Assembly (NCBI GenBank): GCA_964187785.1
Contig: OZ076412.1
Span: forward strand, 14,694,001 to 14,758,000
Direction: 5' to 3'
Length of the DNA stretch: 64,000 nucleotides
DNA from: Amphiscolops sp. MND2022
Lineage: Eukaryota
Shown: in pieces, positions 52,931-64,000 of the stretch
Numbering within the stretch: the stretch's first letter is position 1
How the letters are laid out: every line of letters begins with the position of its first letter
The notes under the pieces: generated by a model
What the model was told of the DNA's origin: nothing
The model's database searches: none
Seen by the model: the letters and a program-made list of their open reading frames with translations, nothing else
Position numbers and translations under genes: made by a program

Positions 52931-53875
52931 GTGATAGGTACAGGCTCAAATTATTTTTTCCTGAAAAGGCTTTGTTTAAACCTACTTTTAGTATATAGGT
53001 GTCGGCACGCTCAACCCACTCTTTCACAATGGGCTCTGACCTCACCCGAAAAAGTCGAAATCTCCGACTGGAAGTGATTAAATTCGCATTTCCAGTGTGG
53101 GGGTTGACGTGAGCAAAAATCGAAAAACGTCTTCAGGAATGTACATGGGGTGCACACGCCCGCATTGCCAAGACCACCCGAGGGCCAAAAAAAAATACAA
53201 GAAGCCTATAAAAGTCATAAAAAGTGGAAAAAAATTGCCAGATGTGGCGTTTTAACCAAAAAGTGGTAGAGGAAAGAAAAAGCTATATGGTCTAACAAAA
53301 AAACTAACTCGTGTAAGATTCGAGCACTTGGTCAAAAGAAGGAAGATTTGCAGTTGAAAATTTACTCGAAATACAGTGAAAACTTGAAATATTCGACATT
53401 TGTCTGTGATCAAGGCAACTTCAACCGAAATTTTCAAGAAGCAATGACTAATCCGCAAAGGAGATTCGAGAATCGCTGTAACTACCCACTCCTTATTCGA
53501 GTTCTTCTGCAAACTACTCTAGAATTATCAAGTGTACAGTAATAATGTGATTTTTTAACGAAAAATCTTTGTTTTAGTCTGTGTTTTTCCAAGTTCTTTT
53601 CCTGTACTTGTTTCTTGCGACAGCTACTATAAAGTTTCCTTTATAAAGCTACCTTTCTATAAATTCTTGTTCCGTGTAGCCTCAGAATGAAGTTGTAAAG
53701 CCGTTTGTATTTCGTTTTCTCGTTTTGTTTTGAGAAACCTTTGAACAATGTCCGTTTTTTCTTCATACAGTACATTTCATGGGTTTGGAAATCCAATACA
53801 AAATTTCATGTATGAAGTATGTTGTAGTATCTGGACACATAGCATGAATTGTGAATCATTTTTTGTTTTTTTTAG

Positions 53876-54387
53876 CAACCTCTGTGGAATCAGCTTTTGC
53901 ATCACTTCAAAGAAAGCAAAGTTCTGGTAGAGGGCGCCTTAACCAATTTGAAACAGAGCATGATGACATTTGCGAAGCCCAAGAAACTTGTGAATGCGAA
54001 TAACCCTGGAGCCAACTTCATGTCTTTCGCCATGTTCGATGCTCGTGAAGCCCTGGCACCGGTCACTCCCAATGCCAATGCATTCGAGCGAATCCAGGCC
54101 CCGCCCGCTGGCTCCTTCAACGGAGGACCACCCCCTCCCCCGCCCATGTTTCCACCGCCGCCTCACGACCAGCTGGGAATGCTGAATGCCGCCCAGACGC
54201 AGTTGCCCGCTGGTCTGAGCATGCCGGTGCCCTTCAACATGTTTCTGCCGCCTCCCCCCGCTGGCTTCTTCGCACCCTTCAATCAGCCAAATGCGGCCAG
54301 TCAGCAACATGGAATGGCTCCCCCCAACCGAATGCCAGGCATGAACAATGGAGGCAGACAAAACAAACCCATGCCTCGATATAATCG
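53876..54387 (+). CDS. UPF1: UPF1 exon (QPLWNQLLHHFKESKVLVEGALTNLKQ... plus Pro-rich low-complexity region)
   Basis: Matches the UPF1 helicase C-terminal end (VLVEG.L.NL; NPGA.FM..AMFDAREA); donor gttggt. Confidence 0.93.
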
Positions 54388-55682
54388 GTTGGTTTTTAAT
54401 CAGCGCTCTATGAAATGAAGCGAGACTAATGTAGTGTTTTTTTTTTAATCCGACCGAAGTTACCATAGAAGTTCTACAAAATGATTCAAAGGATCTTCTA
54501 TTTCATTTTCAAACCTTTTTATTCGGATTGAAAAACAACGGTAAAGGTTCATCTTCGAAAATTTGACTCATCTGAATATTCATAAAAACAAACAGTCTTT
54601 TAGCATATATGAAAGTCAGATTTTTCAAGCCCAGAGAGACTCGCTTCTAGTTTTTTCCACTCTGATACTGAGAATTTTTCAAAACAGTTCCTTAACGTTT
54701 TGAAATACTTTGAGCCTTGAGCGGGGCGCTGACTTCCATCTTGTTTATTCAAATGTGATTTCTTGTACTGTATCAAGTAAATTATGGTCCTCATTTTTTG
54801 ATACACTAGAAGCCAAAAACTGAAGGCCCTTCGAGTATTAGTATTTAAAATCCAATCAGGGGAGCAAAATCAATGCGTAGAAAAAATTGTTTCCTAACAT
54901 TTTATTCTGCAACCTTGAAAATTCATCAGTAAATTTTGATTTCAATCAACTGCTTGAATATTAGTATTCAAAATTTGTGAGCCTTTCATTTAAAATTATT
55001 TGTAGACCCATTGAAAAGTGGATAGTGGTTGATTTTTGTGAGTTGACTTAGTGTCGTGAGAAAATGAGGCAGGGTCTTTCTAGCGATAAAACCAAGTTGC
55101 TCTTTATATTCGGGTGTATCTTAAAGTGGAGTGAGCTACGAAAGTTGAGGTGTTGTTTCACACTCGGACCATGCTTTATATTTGGAGAAACCAGCAACGT
55201 ACATTTACAGGAAAAAAAATGGACGTGGACATTTTTGCCGTTTTATGTGTCCACAAAATTGGCTTTTGCCAAAAGAGATTTTTGGCCTCTTCCGAGTTTT
55301 TTCTTTCAAGAAAACCCGAGTTTTCTCAACGCTGGAAAAAAATCATTTTTAAAACACTGGTGCCGTTCGGACCCAGCAATGTACACTCAACTCCGCTTAT
55401 ACTCCCCTATTGCCCGGGGACCGGCGTTTTTAAATCGTTATATCCGAATATCGTTATAGACAAAAATCGTTACATACTAGCATCGTGGCCGGGACCGTGA
55501 AACTCTATCGCTGTAACCGGAATATAACTTGAATCGTTATAAACGGAGTTAAGTGTTTAAAACAAATGTCATAAATGAACTCTGCTAAAAAATGATGGGC
55601 CACGGGCAAACTATTTCAAAAGTTGAAAATTTGTAGCCTGCTTTGAAGCATTGCTGGTTTGAATTTCGGGGTCATGTTCCAG

Positions 55683-55788
55683 TGGCGGCTACTCGATGAG
55701 GAATGCTGGACCTGCGATGGCGTCGCAGTTGAGTCAAGGTCTCTCCCAAGCGGGCTTGTCACAGATGTCATTGGGACTGCAGAGTCAG
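55683..55788 (+). CDS. UPF1: UPF1 SQ-domain exon (GGYSMRNAGPAMASQLSQGLSQAGLSQMSLGLQSQ)
   Basis: Acceptor gttccag and donor gttaac. The phase 2 start fits the previous exon, and SQ repeats are typical of the UPF1 tail. Confidence 0.82.
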
Positions 55789-56325
55789 GTTAACATCACT
55801 TTGAAATAATCACCAAAGTTCTCTAAGGTAGCCATAAAATATACCATGGAGAGGAGACTGACCATGGTTACCTCTATCACTTTTATTTTCAAGCCTTGAA
55901 ACTTGATGGAATTTGAATTATCGATTTTTGACCATTCATCGTCCTACTCGACAGTGGATGCATCCGACAAGTCACTTTTTGTCGGAAATGAAAAGTGCGA
56001 GCCCTTTTACAATTGAACTACGTTCTTTTTAACCCACCGTCTAGGCCCTGATGTCATGAGAAGTCAAACTATTTTCCATGAAAGACAATCGCTTCTGTGA
56101 CTTTTAACTTTAAACTTATGACCAAAGTTCTGAAAAATTGTTTGCAAACAATATTTCTATAAGTTTTTGTAATTCGTGCGTAGCATCGTGGAAAACGCAT
56201 TTTATTTTTCCATCGATGAGGGTCGGTGGGAAACCAGTAGAGTTCTTTGTTTTAAATGGGCAGTTTTAATGTAAACACTGAGTGTTTAGTGGACCCAATG
56301 TGAATAAACTTCTGTTTCATTTCAG

Positions 56326-56427
56326 GACATGAACCAATTTTCGCAAGGGTTTCCGCAACCCCCTACCATGGCTGGACACCCTCCGCTGGGACACAGTGGA
56401 CTTTCTCAAGCCGATATGCTGTCACAG
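56326..56427 (+). CDS. UPF1: UPF1 SQ-domain exon (DMNQFSQGFPQPPTM...LSQADMLSQ)
   Basis: Acceptor tttcag and donor gttagt; 34 codons with SQ motifs. Confidence 0.85.
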
Positions 56428-56703
56428 GTTAGTTTGGCTCTTTTCTGTGTCCCCCACCATTAAATTTTTTTGGAAAAATAGTGAAATTTTCATTTTAAAA
56501 AAAAACAGAAAAGAGCCGCTAGTTTGGCTCGAACTTGGGTCAAAGAAAGATTCAATCCCGAATGCTCGATAACGTTTTTCGACGATTAAATTCAATTAAC
56601 TTCTGAAGAGTATATACCATATACCAAGTTCTCCATTATCTAAATTGTCTTTGAGAATTTGTTGTGGGTTTGGGAAAATAGTTTCCTTGAGATCTGAGAT
56701 ATA

Positions 56704-56859
56704 CAGTCAACTCCGGTTAATTCGGATCTTCGTTTAATTCGTATGCGTCCGAGACCCCCATTTTGCGCCTACTAAAGTAATATCCGGTTAATTCGTATTT
56801 CTCGCAATTCGTACTGTTTTATTCGGTCCCTGGCGATACGAATTAGGCGGATTCCACTG
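56704..56859. mobile_element. 156-bp MITE with TA target duplication and CAGT termini (Tc1/mariner/pogo-type)
   Basis: ta|CAGTCAACTCCGGTTAATTCG ... CGAATTAGGCGGATTCCACTG|ta: imperfect ~21-bp inverted ends, with internal TAATTCG subrepeats. Confidence 0.7.
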
Positions 56860-57976
56860 TAAATGGCTTACCAAATCAATGGAAAAGCTCTAACATCAAT
56901 TGACTAAATGATCACCGTGAGATACTTTTTGTGCTATGGCCTAAAGTGGAAATGACGAACATAATAAGGCCTTTCATTTAAGACAACGAAAAATTATAAA
57001 TTTATACTTTACACTTCAAATCCAATTAAATCTTGAATAATTCGAATTTCTCGAATAATTAGTATTTTCTAATAACTGAATATTATGATAATGTGAACAT
57101 AAGGTAGAGGAAACGTCGAAATGAGAGTTTCAATCAGCCACTTCTCTCATCAAATTGTTATCCGGCTGCCGTATTTTCAGATATAATTGGAAAATTCAAG
57201 TTTTCTTTGTTTTACAAAGAAAAAGACCATTTTTGTTTTAGATACTGAGAGAAAAGCACCAAGAAAATTGACAGAATTTACAAGCAAACAGGAAAAGCAC
57301 CAAAAATGACCGAAAAACAAAAACAGAATTTTCGTTTTGATTTTTCTATTTTTACCTGTCCTCCCATTTTTAGTGCTTCTCGTGTTTGTCTGTAAATTCT
57401 GTGAATTTTTTGTTTTAGATCTTGATAATGTCAACAGAAGGTTGACGAAATGTCGTAATGAGTTTTAATCAGCTACTTCTTTTTTATCAAATTTCTCAAT
57501 ATAATTTTAAAATTTTACAGCCCTGGTTTGGCCTGCTTTGTTTCCAGGCGTCGGTACTTTTGCATAAGCTGGAATACTCTTTACGTATGTGGAACTTTTG
57601 CTCGTCGCCATCAGAGCGCTTAATTTGCTTACACAGCTAGCATCCACAGTTGCTAGTGAGGTAGCAATCTTCGGAAATAACACAGCTCCTTTGCATAATT
57701 TTTAAATTTCGAATGTACTGGAAATTTTTTGTACTTAAAGTCATCATCTATGGAAGTTAAATTGAATTTGCACTTCTGAGTTTAAAAAATGAATTTCCAG
57801 ATTTGGCAATCTCTCCAAGTGTTATCCGGTGATTTGATCAGGTTCTAAAGTTTTTTCACAATCACTCGTTAATCGTCCTCTATTTCTATGCTTTCATGGA
57901 AACGTCTGGAGTATGCAAAAATCAAAACTGCTCGGAAAAATCTACCTTTAATTGAAAGATGTACTTCTGTAAATCC

Positions 57977-58078
57977 ATTTTCAAAAATATTTGCAGTTCT
58001 ACCCTTCAAATTTGTTTACAACTGCAGGAATACTGTGAGGGTCAATGGGGCTGATTTTCAAGCTAAATAAATTCTACA
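57977..58078 (+). repeat. R1 family fragment
   Basis: Matches the reverse complement of ~6480-6582 (CTGCAGGAATACTGTGA...GGGGCTGATTTT). Confidence 0.65.
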
Positions 58079-58302
58079 AATGTTTAGAGTTATCGTCAAA
58101 GACGTATTTTTTTAAGACGTGGTCGAAAAGTTCTCGGAAAATTGTGCGAAAATTCTCGAAATGAAAAAGCTGAATTTGAATGGTCCGCGTTAATTTATGC
58201 ATGTTATATGATCATATCTACCCTTTTTCATGGAATCTCGAATGTTATTATATCACGTTAAAGCGACAACCAAAGGCAGAGACATTGTTTATATTGTTTC
58301 AG

Positions 58303-58413
58303 GACAGCTGTTACATCGACGACATGAAGTCTCAAGGCGAGGTTCTGTTGTCTCAAGACTCCACCTACCAAAGTGGCGATCGCTCCTATCTCTCCTTCAA
58401 CTCTCAATTCTGA
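58303..58413 (+). CDS. UPF1: UPF1 terminal coding exon (DSCYIDDMKSQGEVLLSQDSTYQSGDRSYLSFNSQF*)
   Basis: Acceptor gtttcag. It resembles the metazoan UPF1 end (DS...KSQ...LSQDSTYQ) and ends in TGA. Confidence 0.92.
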   Translation, partial: DSCYIDDMKSQGEVLLSQDSTYQSGDRSYLSFNSQF

Positions 58414-59189
58414 ACACCTTGCTCCGTGTGGGGCAGGGCTAGCTACTAGCTAACAACGCACAGGGGAGATTGAGAGCTATGCCCTGATCAGAAGACTATG
58501 CAGACTGATCAACCCCTGATGGTGATAAACAAACTGTCAACAAACTCTTTCCATGCCCTTGCGGCGGGAAAATCTCACCTCCCAAGGAGCACCCATGTGA
58601 ACGAACAAGCTAGTGTGAGTGTCTGGGGTCACCCGTGAGACCTGAAGGGTCAATGCAATCTCACCCGACCAGTTGAAACTCGAGAAAAAAGACAATTTAT
58701 GAAACATATTTGCTGGTGCTAATGCGTGAAACTTGAGTTCAGAGAAGTTATTTTTACCATGCCAGAAGTGATTTGACGTCAATGCAACTTTTTCAGGAAA
58801 GTTTTTTCGTTTTGAGTAATTTATAAAGCGATTCCAAATGCAATGAAGAAAAATTGCTTTTTGTAAAAATGAATTCCTATGCAACCTCCAGTTCGAATCA
58901 TACTTCCATTTTGTTCAGGTGTCGAAAACTTTTGGCTGCTCCTGATGAAGAATTTGAAATTCAAATGTTAAGTTTGATAAAAAAAAATGTCGAAATATCG
59001 GTGAATTAATTCTTTAATGAAACAGACTTGATTCTAAACAGTTAGGTAAAATAGCCGCGACGATTAGTACTGCAAACGTTCGATGAGTCTCTGAATCCTG
59101 AAAATAGCTAATTTGGTTTCTTGTTAGTCGACGAAAAATTTCAATTACTGTGTAACTATTACTAACCGATTATAACTGTAACTATATTT

Positions 59190-59798
59190 TTTTAGTCGGC
59201 GCTTCACGAATTGAAACGCGGCTATTATAGTGACTTTTTTCAATCCACACGAACTGACCAAAACGGTTCTTCAAAAGTTCTACGAAATGTTATCGTGTCA
59301 AATTGAACCATTTCGCCTAGCGAACTTAACCAAAAAGGTTTTTTCCTGTTTTTCCGCGTAACATACATTACTGGGCGAGACTAAAGGGTCCCCCTTTCAG
59401 TTTTTTTCGGCATTGTGACTTTTTTCTAAAATTCTTTTTCCCTCAAAGGGTCTCCTCTTCAATTTTTTGATGCTTGGCGATAAAAAAGATGTTGAAAAAT
59501 CCCAAAGGGCCCCCTCTTTCAGTTTTTTTTCGGCATTGTGAGAATTGTTTTTCGAAAACTTTTAAATGACTTCAAGGGTCCCTCTAATATTTTTGATGTT
59601 TTGCGACAGAAATGTTGAAAAATCCCAAAGGGTCCCCCTTTTTAGCGCGCCAGCTGGCGCCCAAGTTCGGTCGTTTGGGTTTTTCGTGAGTTTGATACTC
59701 ATTTGTGAGTTTGATACCTTGAGTTTTTTGACACTTTAATGTCCTTTTGATATTTTTGAGCCTTAGATATGGCGCCGACTTATGCCGTTCCCGGCTTG
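59190..59798 (+). mobile_element. HINE-like non-autonomous Helentron with both termini
   Basis: 5' TTTTAGTCGGCGC; 3' GGCGCCGACT followed by the hairpin GCCG-TTCC-CGGC and TTG; internal AAAGGGTCCCCC(T)TT repeats. Confidence 0.82.
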
Positions 59799-60139
59799 TA
59801 AATCGTCACGCTAACACCAAAAGGTTCACTTTTTGTTCACTTTCTTAGTACGCTTTACACTGGGTACACTTGCGATAAGGTGTTTCACGGAAGTGCGGAT
59901 GTTTTTATTTCTTGTGACAACTCGGCTGAACTGGCTTTATGAGTCACAAAACTTACCAACTTGTTCTCATTTCCACTATTTCGCTTTGTTTCTAGCCCTT
60001 GGAAAAGGCTAGTATTCGTATAGCAACAGCCGCAATCTTCGAAAAAAACTGTTTTGCCAAGTAGTCGCGGCTTTGAAGGAATTTATTTGCAATTTGAAAT
60101 TTTCAATATCTTTTTGATATTTCAGATATTTTTTGGATT

Positions 60140-60485
60140 TTTTAATTTCTGCTTTAGCAGGATTATTATTGAAATCTCAAAATGTCTATTTTTTCAGTAC
60201 AATTCTTGGCCTGATACTGAATAATTCAGATATTTTGTTCGGCAGTGACTATAAGCGTAAGAATTAAATTTCTCAAGCTGCCGACGACAATTCAATTCTC
60301 GTGCGATGGAACGAGCGAGTGGTAATTATGCATTCGTAAGCTGACGTAATTGAGATGAAGCGGGCGAATGTTCGTAATTGTGCTTTCGTTGCGCCGAGTT
60401 ATTGAGATGAAGCGAATGAGTGTTAATTATACTTTCGCGGAGAGCTTCGGCTGCATTCAAATACATATTTGCTTTAGTCCGAGAT
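60140..60485 (+). repeat. Interspersed repeat family R1, copy 3
   Basis: TTTCTGCTTTAGCAGG...GTGCGATGGAACGAGCGAGTGGTAATT...TTGAGATGAAGCG aligns with 1600-1960. Confidence 0.85.
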
Positions 60486-62106
60486 TTACTACTATTACTA
60501 CTAAAAGACTGAATTTATTCTAGTCAGAAATTGATTCTAGAAAGAAATACTTGATGATAGTTACATGTACAGATTTTTTTAACAACAGATTTAAAGGCGG
60601 TATCTTTTGAAACTGCGATGTTTCCGATTTGTTGAGTTTAATGTGATACTTCGAAAAATTAGTTTCAGTAAATCTTGGTTCAGGAAAGTTAGTCTGAAGC
60701 AATTAAAATGCATGTATTGAGACGTGGGGTACAGATAATACCGGGCCTCATAAAGCTAAAGCACTATTTTTTGCCAGAATTTTCACAAGAATTTTGAAAA
60801 AAATTCAGTTTTTTATTTATGGTTTCAAGATATTATTCCGAAAACTTGAACAAATTCGTAGCGTGACTTCAGAGCTACCAGAAGAGTATTTTCAAACTGA
60901 CATTCTTTTATCGACACGGATTTTCACCGAAACATCGTTTTTTTCGAAATTGGTCAAATACGAAGTTTCAGTAACATCACGATTTTTATTAGGAATGGAA
61001 TTTTGAAAGATTTTTGAGTATTTTTGACATCAAGGCACCGTACTTGAGCAATTTTCCGAACTTCAGTTTATCTGAAACGTTTTAAAGCAATTGGACTTAT
61101 TTCAGCCAGGGACAAAAATTTTCTCGGTAAGTCTATTATACGCCCAGGATTTAAACGTAATTTTCGTTGAGAAGTATCAGACGCAAGGACCGATGTGGGT
61201 ACAGCGTTATTTGGAAAAATAAAAGGGCTCAACTTCGAATCCCGCTCTAGAATTGATGACGTTTTCTTCACGATTATCGTTCTTGGATTCAGCGAACCCT
61301 TACCGACAAGTGTCTCTGACTGAATTGTTCCAAAACAATCCACAAAAAATGAAGTTTGAACATTTGCCCAAAGATACAGTGCTTTCATATCAGAGAAGTT
61401 CGCAAATTGTTTTGAAATTCCACTCCCTGCAGAACTCGTAAAGTTATAGAATGTTGCGATGTTTTAATGAAAATTCTTCATGATAAAACCAAAAATTTCA
61501 GTTTGAGAATATTGCTCCGGTACCTTTGAATAACCAAAAAGTTCTGTTTTCGAGAAAATCACAAAAATGATAGGGACCGAATTTTCTCAATTGTCCTATG
61601 TATAGCGGCTATTCTTTGTTTTTATGGAAGATCTTGCAGAACATAACTGATTACCATATTTTCTTATCTACAGGTTTTCGGAACTGCTGAATACGACTTG
61701 AAACCCTTCCTAAACCTTTTCGATAAATGCCATCAAATCCGGAATTCTTCATGGCCTTCTGTAGCAGTTAATTCCATATTCAGTTTCTGATGGTCGGTAT
61801 TTTTCTTCGAACATACTTCCTCTCTTTATCAACTGACAATCGCAAAAAAAAACAATTTCTGTAGGTATGCATTTATAGAGTGATTATTTCAATTACACAG
61901 TAGGCTTCCGAAAAATTGCATACAGCAGTTTGTGCTTGATCAAAGCAGTAAATGAAAATGAGACAAGATTCTGATCGACAAACTGTTTTTCTGCAGTTTT
62001 TGATGGTGCCTTGAAGACTGCCGTTACCGACGTGTACATTCAAAACTAGCGAAATCTAAAATGATTACGTGTGTAAAATTATTGTACGTTACTGTAGCGT
62101 TTAAAA

Positions 62107-62787
62107 CAAGCCAAGAACGGTGTAAGTCGGCGCCATGCACAGTGCTCAAAAACAGCAAAAATACTTCAAAGCGTCAAGGTTTCTCTTTAGAATGAATTCT
62201 CGATTTAATACTACCAAAAAACCTAAGTGGAAACATTTGGGCTGAAAAACGATTTTTAGTTTTTTTTTTCTTGCGGACAATTAGAAAACCAAAGCTATTC
62301 ATTCTGCTTATCCCGCCAGAAATATCAAAATAACCAAAGCGATAACCCTTCTGTCGAAAACTTTTTCTCTAAAATGCCCAGTAACAAAAAATCTAGAGCA
62401 AGGACTTTTGGTTTTGAAAAGCTTTTTAAAAACTGAAAGTACCAAGAAACCCAAAGGGGACCAATTTTTAATGGTGAACTATTTAAAAAAGTTGGACATT
62501 GCTGAAAAAACACGACTTTATACCACTTTTTTTCCAAAAGTATCAAAAAACTAGGGATGAACATTTTGGAGAATTTAAAATTTCTCTAACAAAAAAAATC
62601 CCAGTTCCGAAAGATAATCTCCAAGTCAAATCATTTTGTAAGCATTTCAAAGGGAAGATCCATACCTACAAACAATTTGCTCTTTTGTAGAAATTTGGAA
62701 TTACGCGTTTCAACCGGATTGAAAAAAAAGACACGACGAAAAGTCATTTTAAAGGTTGTGTTTCATTTCATGAAGCGCCGATTAAAA
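62107..62787 (-). mobile_element. HINE-like copy with both termini and a different interior
   Basis: CAAGCCAAGAACGGTGTAAGTCGGCGCC at 62107 and TTTCATTTCATGAAGCGCCGATTAAAA at 62761-62787. Confidence 0.75.
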
Positions 62788-64000
62788 GAAGTACGCCCAT
62801 GATTTTCTGCTCATGGGCGTTATTCCACAATTTTTCTGTCACGTCTTTGTGATCTTTCCACGCGTGGTTTTCAAATTTGAATATTTTATTCTCTTAACCC
62901 ATGATATATACACTTTTTTGTTGTTCAAAAAACAACAAGACTCGACATTTGTTGCTCGAATAACTTTCGAAAAGTTCGGCTTCATACTTCTTTAGGCAAA
63001 ACAACTTGAATAAAACTCAATTTTCTCACACTCTAAGTTCTTCAATCTCAGAATTGAAGAGAATGAAAAAGAAAAAACCTTTATTCCATAAAAATTATGG
63101 GATATGGAAGGCTTGTTTGCAATTCCATTTGATTTCTCGGAGTTTTTGCTTTTCATTTTTTTACTGTTGAAAATTCAAAATTTCGCTTGTTTTCTCAAGT
63201 TTCTGACGCTAGCTTATTTAGTCGATTCCTTCACCAAAATATTTGTCTTATCTACTCATCGATAAGTGTCTTTCGGGTGCTTCATAGTTTGATCTGCAAC
63301 TAGTTTTTTGCTTTGTTGCAATCCAAGTTTTCAGTTCTGCAATGCTGGTAACCTACCAGATGAACAGATACAGGCATTAAGCTGTGTTCACAAGTCTTTA
63401 CACTATGTCCAATTGGCTCAGATGTCAGTTGATGGTCCAAAAAGCTAAAAGAATTCAAGAAAAATCTAAAACTCATATGGCGTTTTCAACGTTTTCTCGG
63501 AGAGTTGGTTGATACCATGAGATACTTTTCCATCAATACCTGATGCTATTTTTAGGTATTGCAAAGCAGAGACCCGAGCCAAGCTTGTTATCTCTTCTAT
63601 TCCACTTTTCTTGTCCCACAATATGATCCACAATGTTTGAATCCATGAACCTATTGGGTGAAAATTGCGATTATTGAAATCAGCTTGTACAAGATTTTCA
63701 ATGGCTTCCAATTCGAAAAATACAAAATATCTTATCTGATTAGTGTCGAACCCCTTACTTTTTCAAGCAAACATAAAACCATACGGATATGACGTCAAAA
63801 ACTTGTAATTAGTGAAAAATTACAATGCTATATATACGTTATCTAGGAAAAAGCTACTTTTATTGGTCAAATTGAGATGACAACTTCAGCACCAAAGTGT
63901 CAGACCCGGAAATCTTCCTTAAAAAACCCTACCCAAATCTCATACAAGATTTGAAAAATTTGAAAGGACTTCAATTCGGTTATAGCTCACTTTTTATCGA

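Larger units (their letters stand above)
13007..53875 (+). other. 40,869-bp UPF1 intron
   Basis: The exon ending GNPKVLSK (gtaaga) joins the exon starting QPLWNQLL (tttttag at 53875), restoring the contiguous UPF1 motif GNPKxLSKQPLWN. No UPF1 coding sequence was seen in between. Confidence 0.92.
2327..58413 (+). other. UPF1: UPF1 / regulator of nonsense transcripts 1 gene model, 5'-partial: join(2327-2549,3772-3991,5987-6127,9753-9956,10896-11253,12469-12586,12664-13006,53876-54387,55683-55788,56326-56427,58303-58413)
   Basis: The spliced translation follows the UPF1 SF1B helicase continuously ([68 protein letters not shown]-rich tail ending SQDSTYQ...). Exon lengths 223/220/141/204/358/118/343/512/106/102/111 give consistent phases. 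Every acceptor is AG; nine donors are GT and one is GC. Confidence 0.96.

Noticed and set aside
55064-55500. Two overlapping 116-131 aa ORFs in the intron after exon 53876-54387
   Set aside because: Composition is not protein-like, no motifs were seen, and they are not needed for the UPF1 reading frame.
58414-61300. Unusually long UPF1 3' UTR (no AATAAA noticed until about 61218)
   Set aside because: A by-eye scan is unreliable, variant signals (TATAAA, GATAAA) occur earlier, and the transcript end cannot be inferred without RNA data.
60500-64000. Short ORFs (61068..61388, 63466..63711 and others) as genes or transposase
   Set aside because: No recognisable motifs or consistent exon structure. 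They may be old TE debris but cannot be supported.

Overview
AT-rich eukaryotic (invertebrate-like) genomic DNA. The window holds the 3' part of a spliced UPF1 (smg-2/NAM7, NMD RNA helicase) gene on the + strand: 11 exons from 2327 to the TGA at 58411-58413, about 812 codons. All splice phases reconcile. The N-terminal CH-domain exons are not in the window. One intron is 40,869 bp (13007-53875). It contains a cluster of non-autonomous Helentron-type (HINE/DINE-1-like) elements and a decayed minus-strand Helitron/Helentron Rep region (about 17.7-21.7 kb). Directly upstream of that region on the minus strand is a ~29 kb tandem array (21.7-50.3 kb, about 25 units, mostly 1.12-1.14 kb), followed by a 1126-bp doublet (50.3-52.5 kb). 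On the minus strand the array unit reads as a decayed coding block with SGNH-hydrolase-like motifs, and each short-unit junction is a 68-71 bp GTAAGT...TTTAG intron-like segment. The array therefore looks like an amplified exon chain lying antisense inside the NMD master gene. The smaller introns contain a GC donor, two TA-flanked MITEs, a perfect 72-bp palindrome, a duplication with a templated filler, and an interspersed repeat in inverted orientation around three exons. No rRNA, bona fide tRNA, CRISPR or prokaryotic features were recognised. All homology calls are by eye from motifs, and no searches were run.
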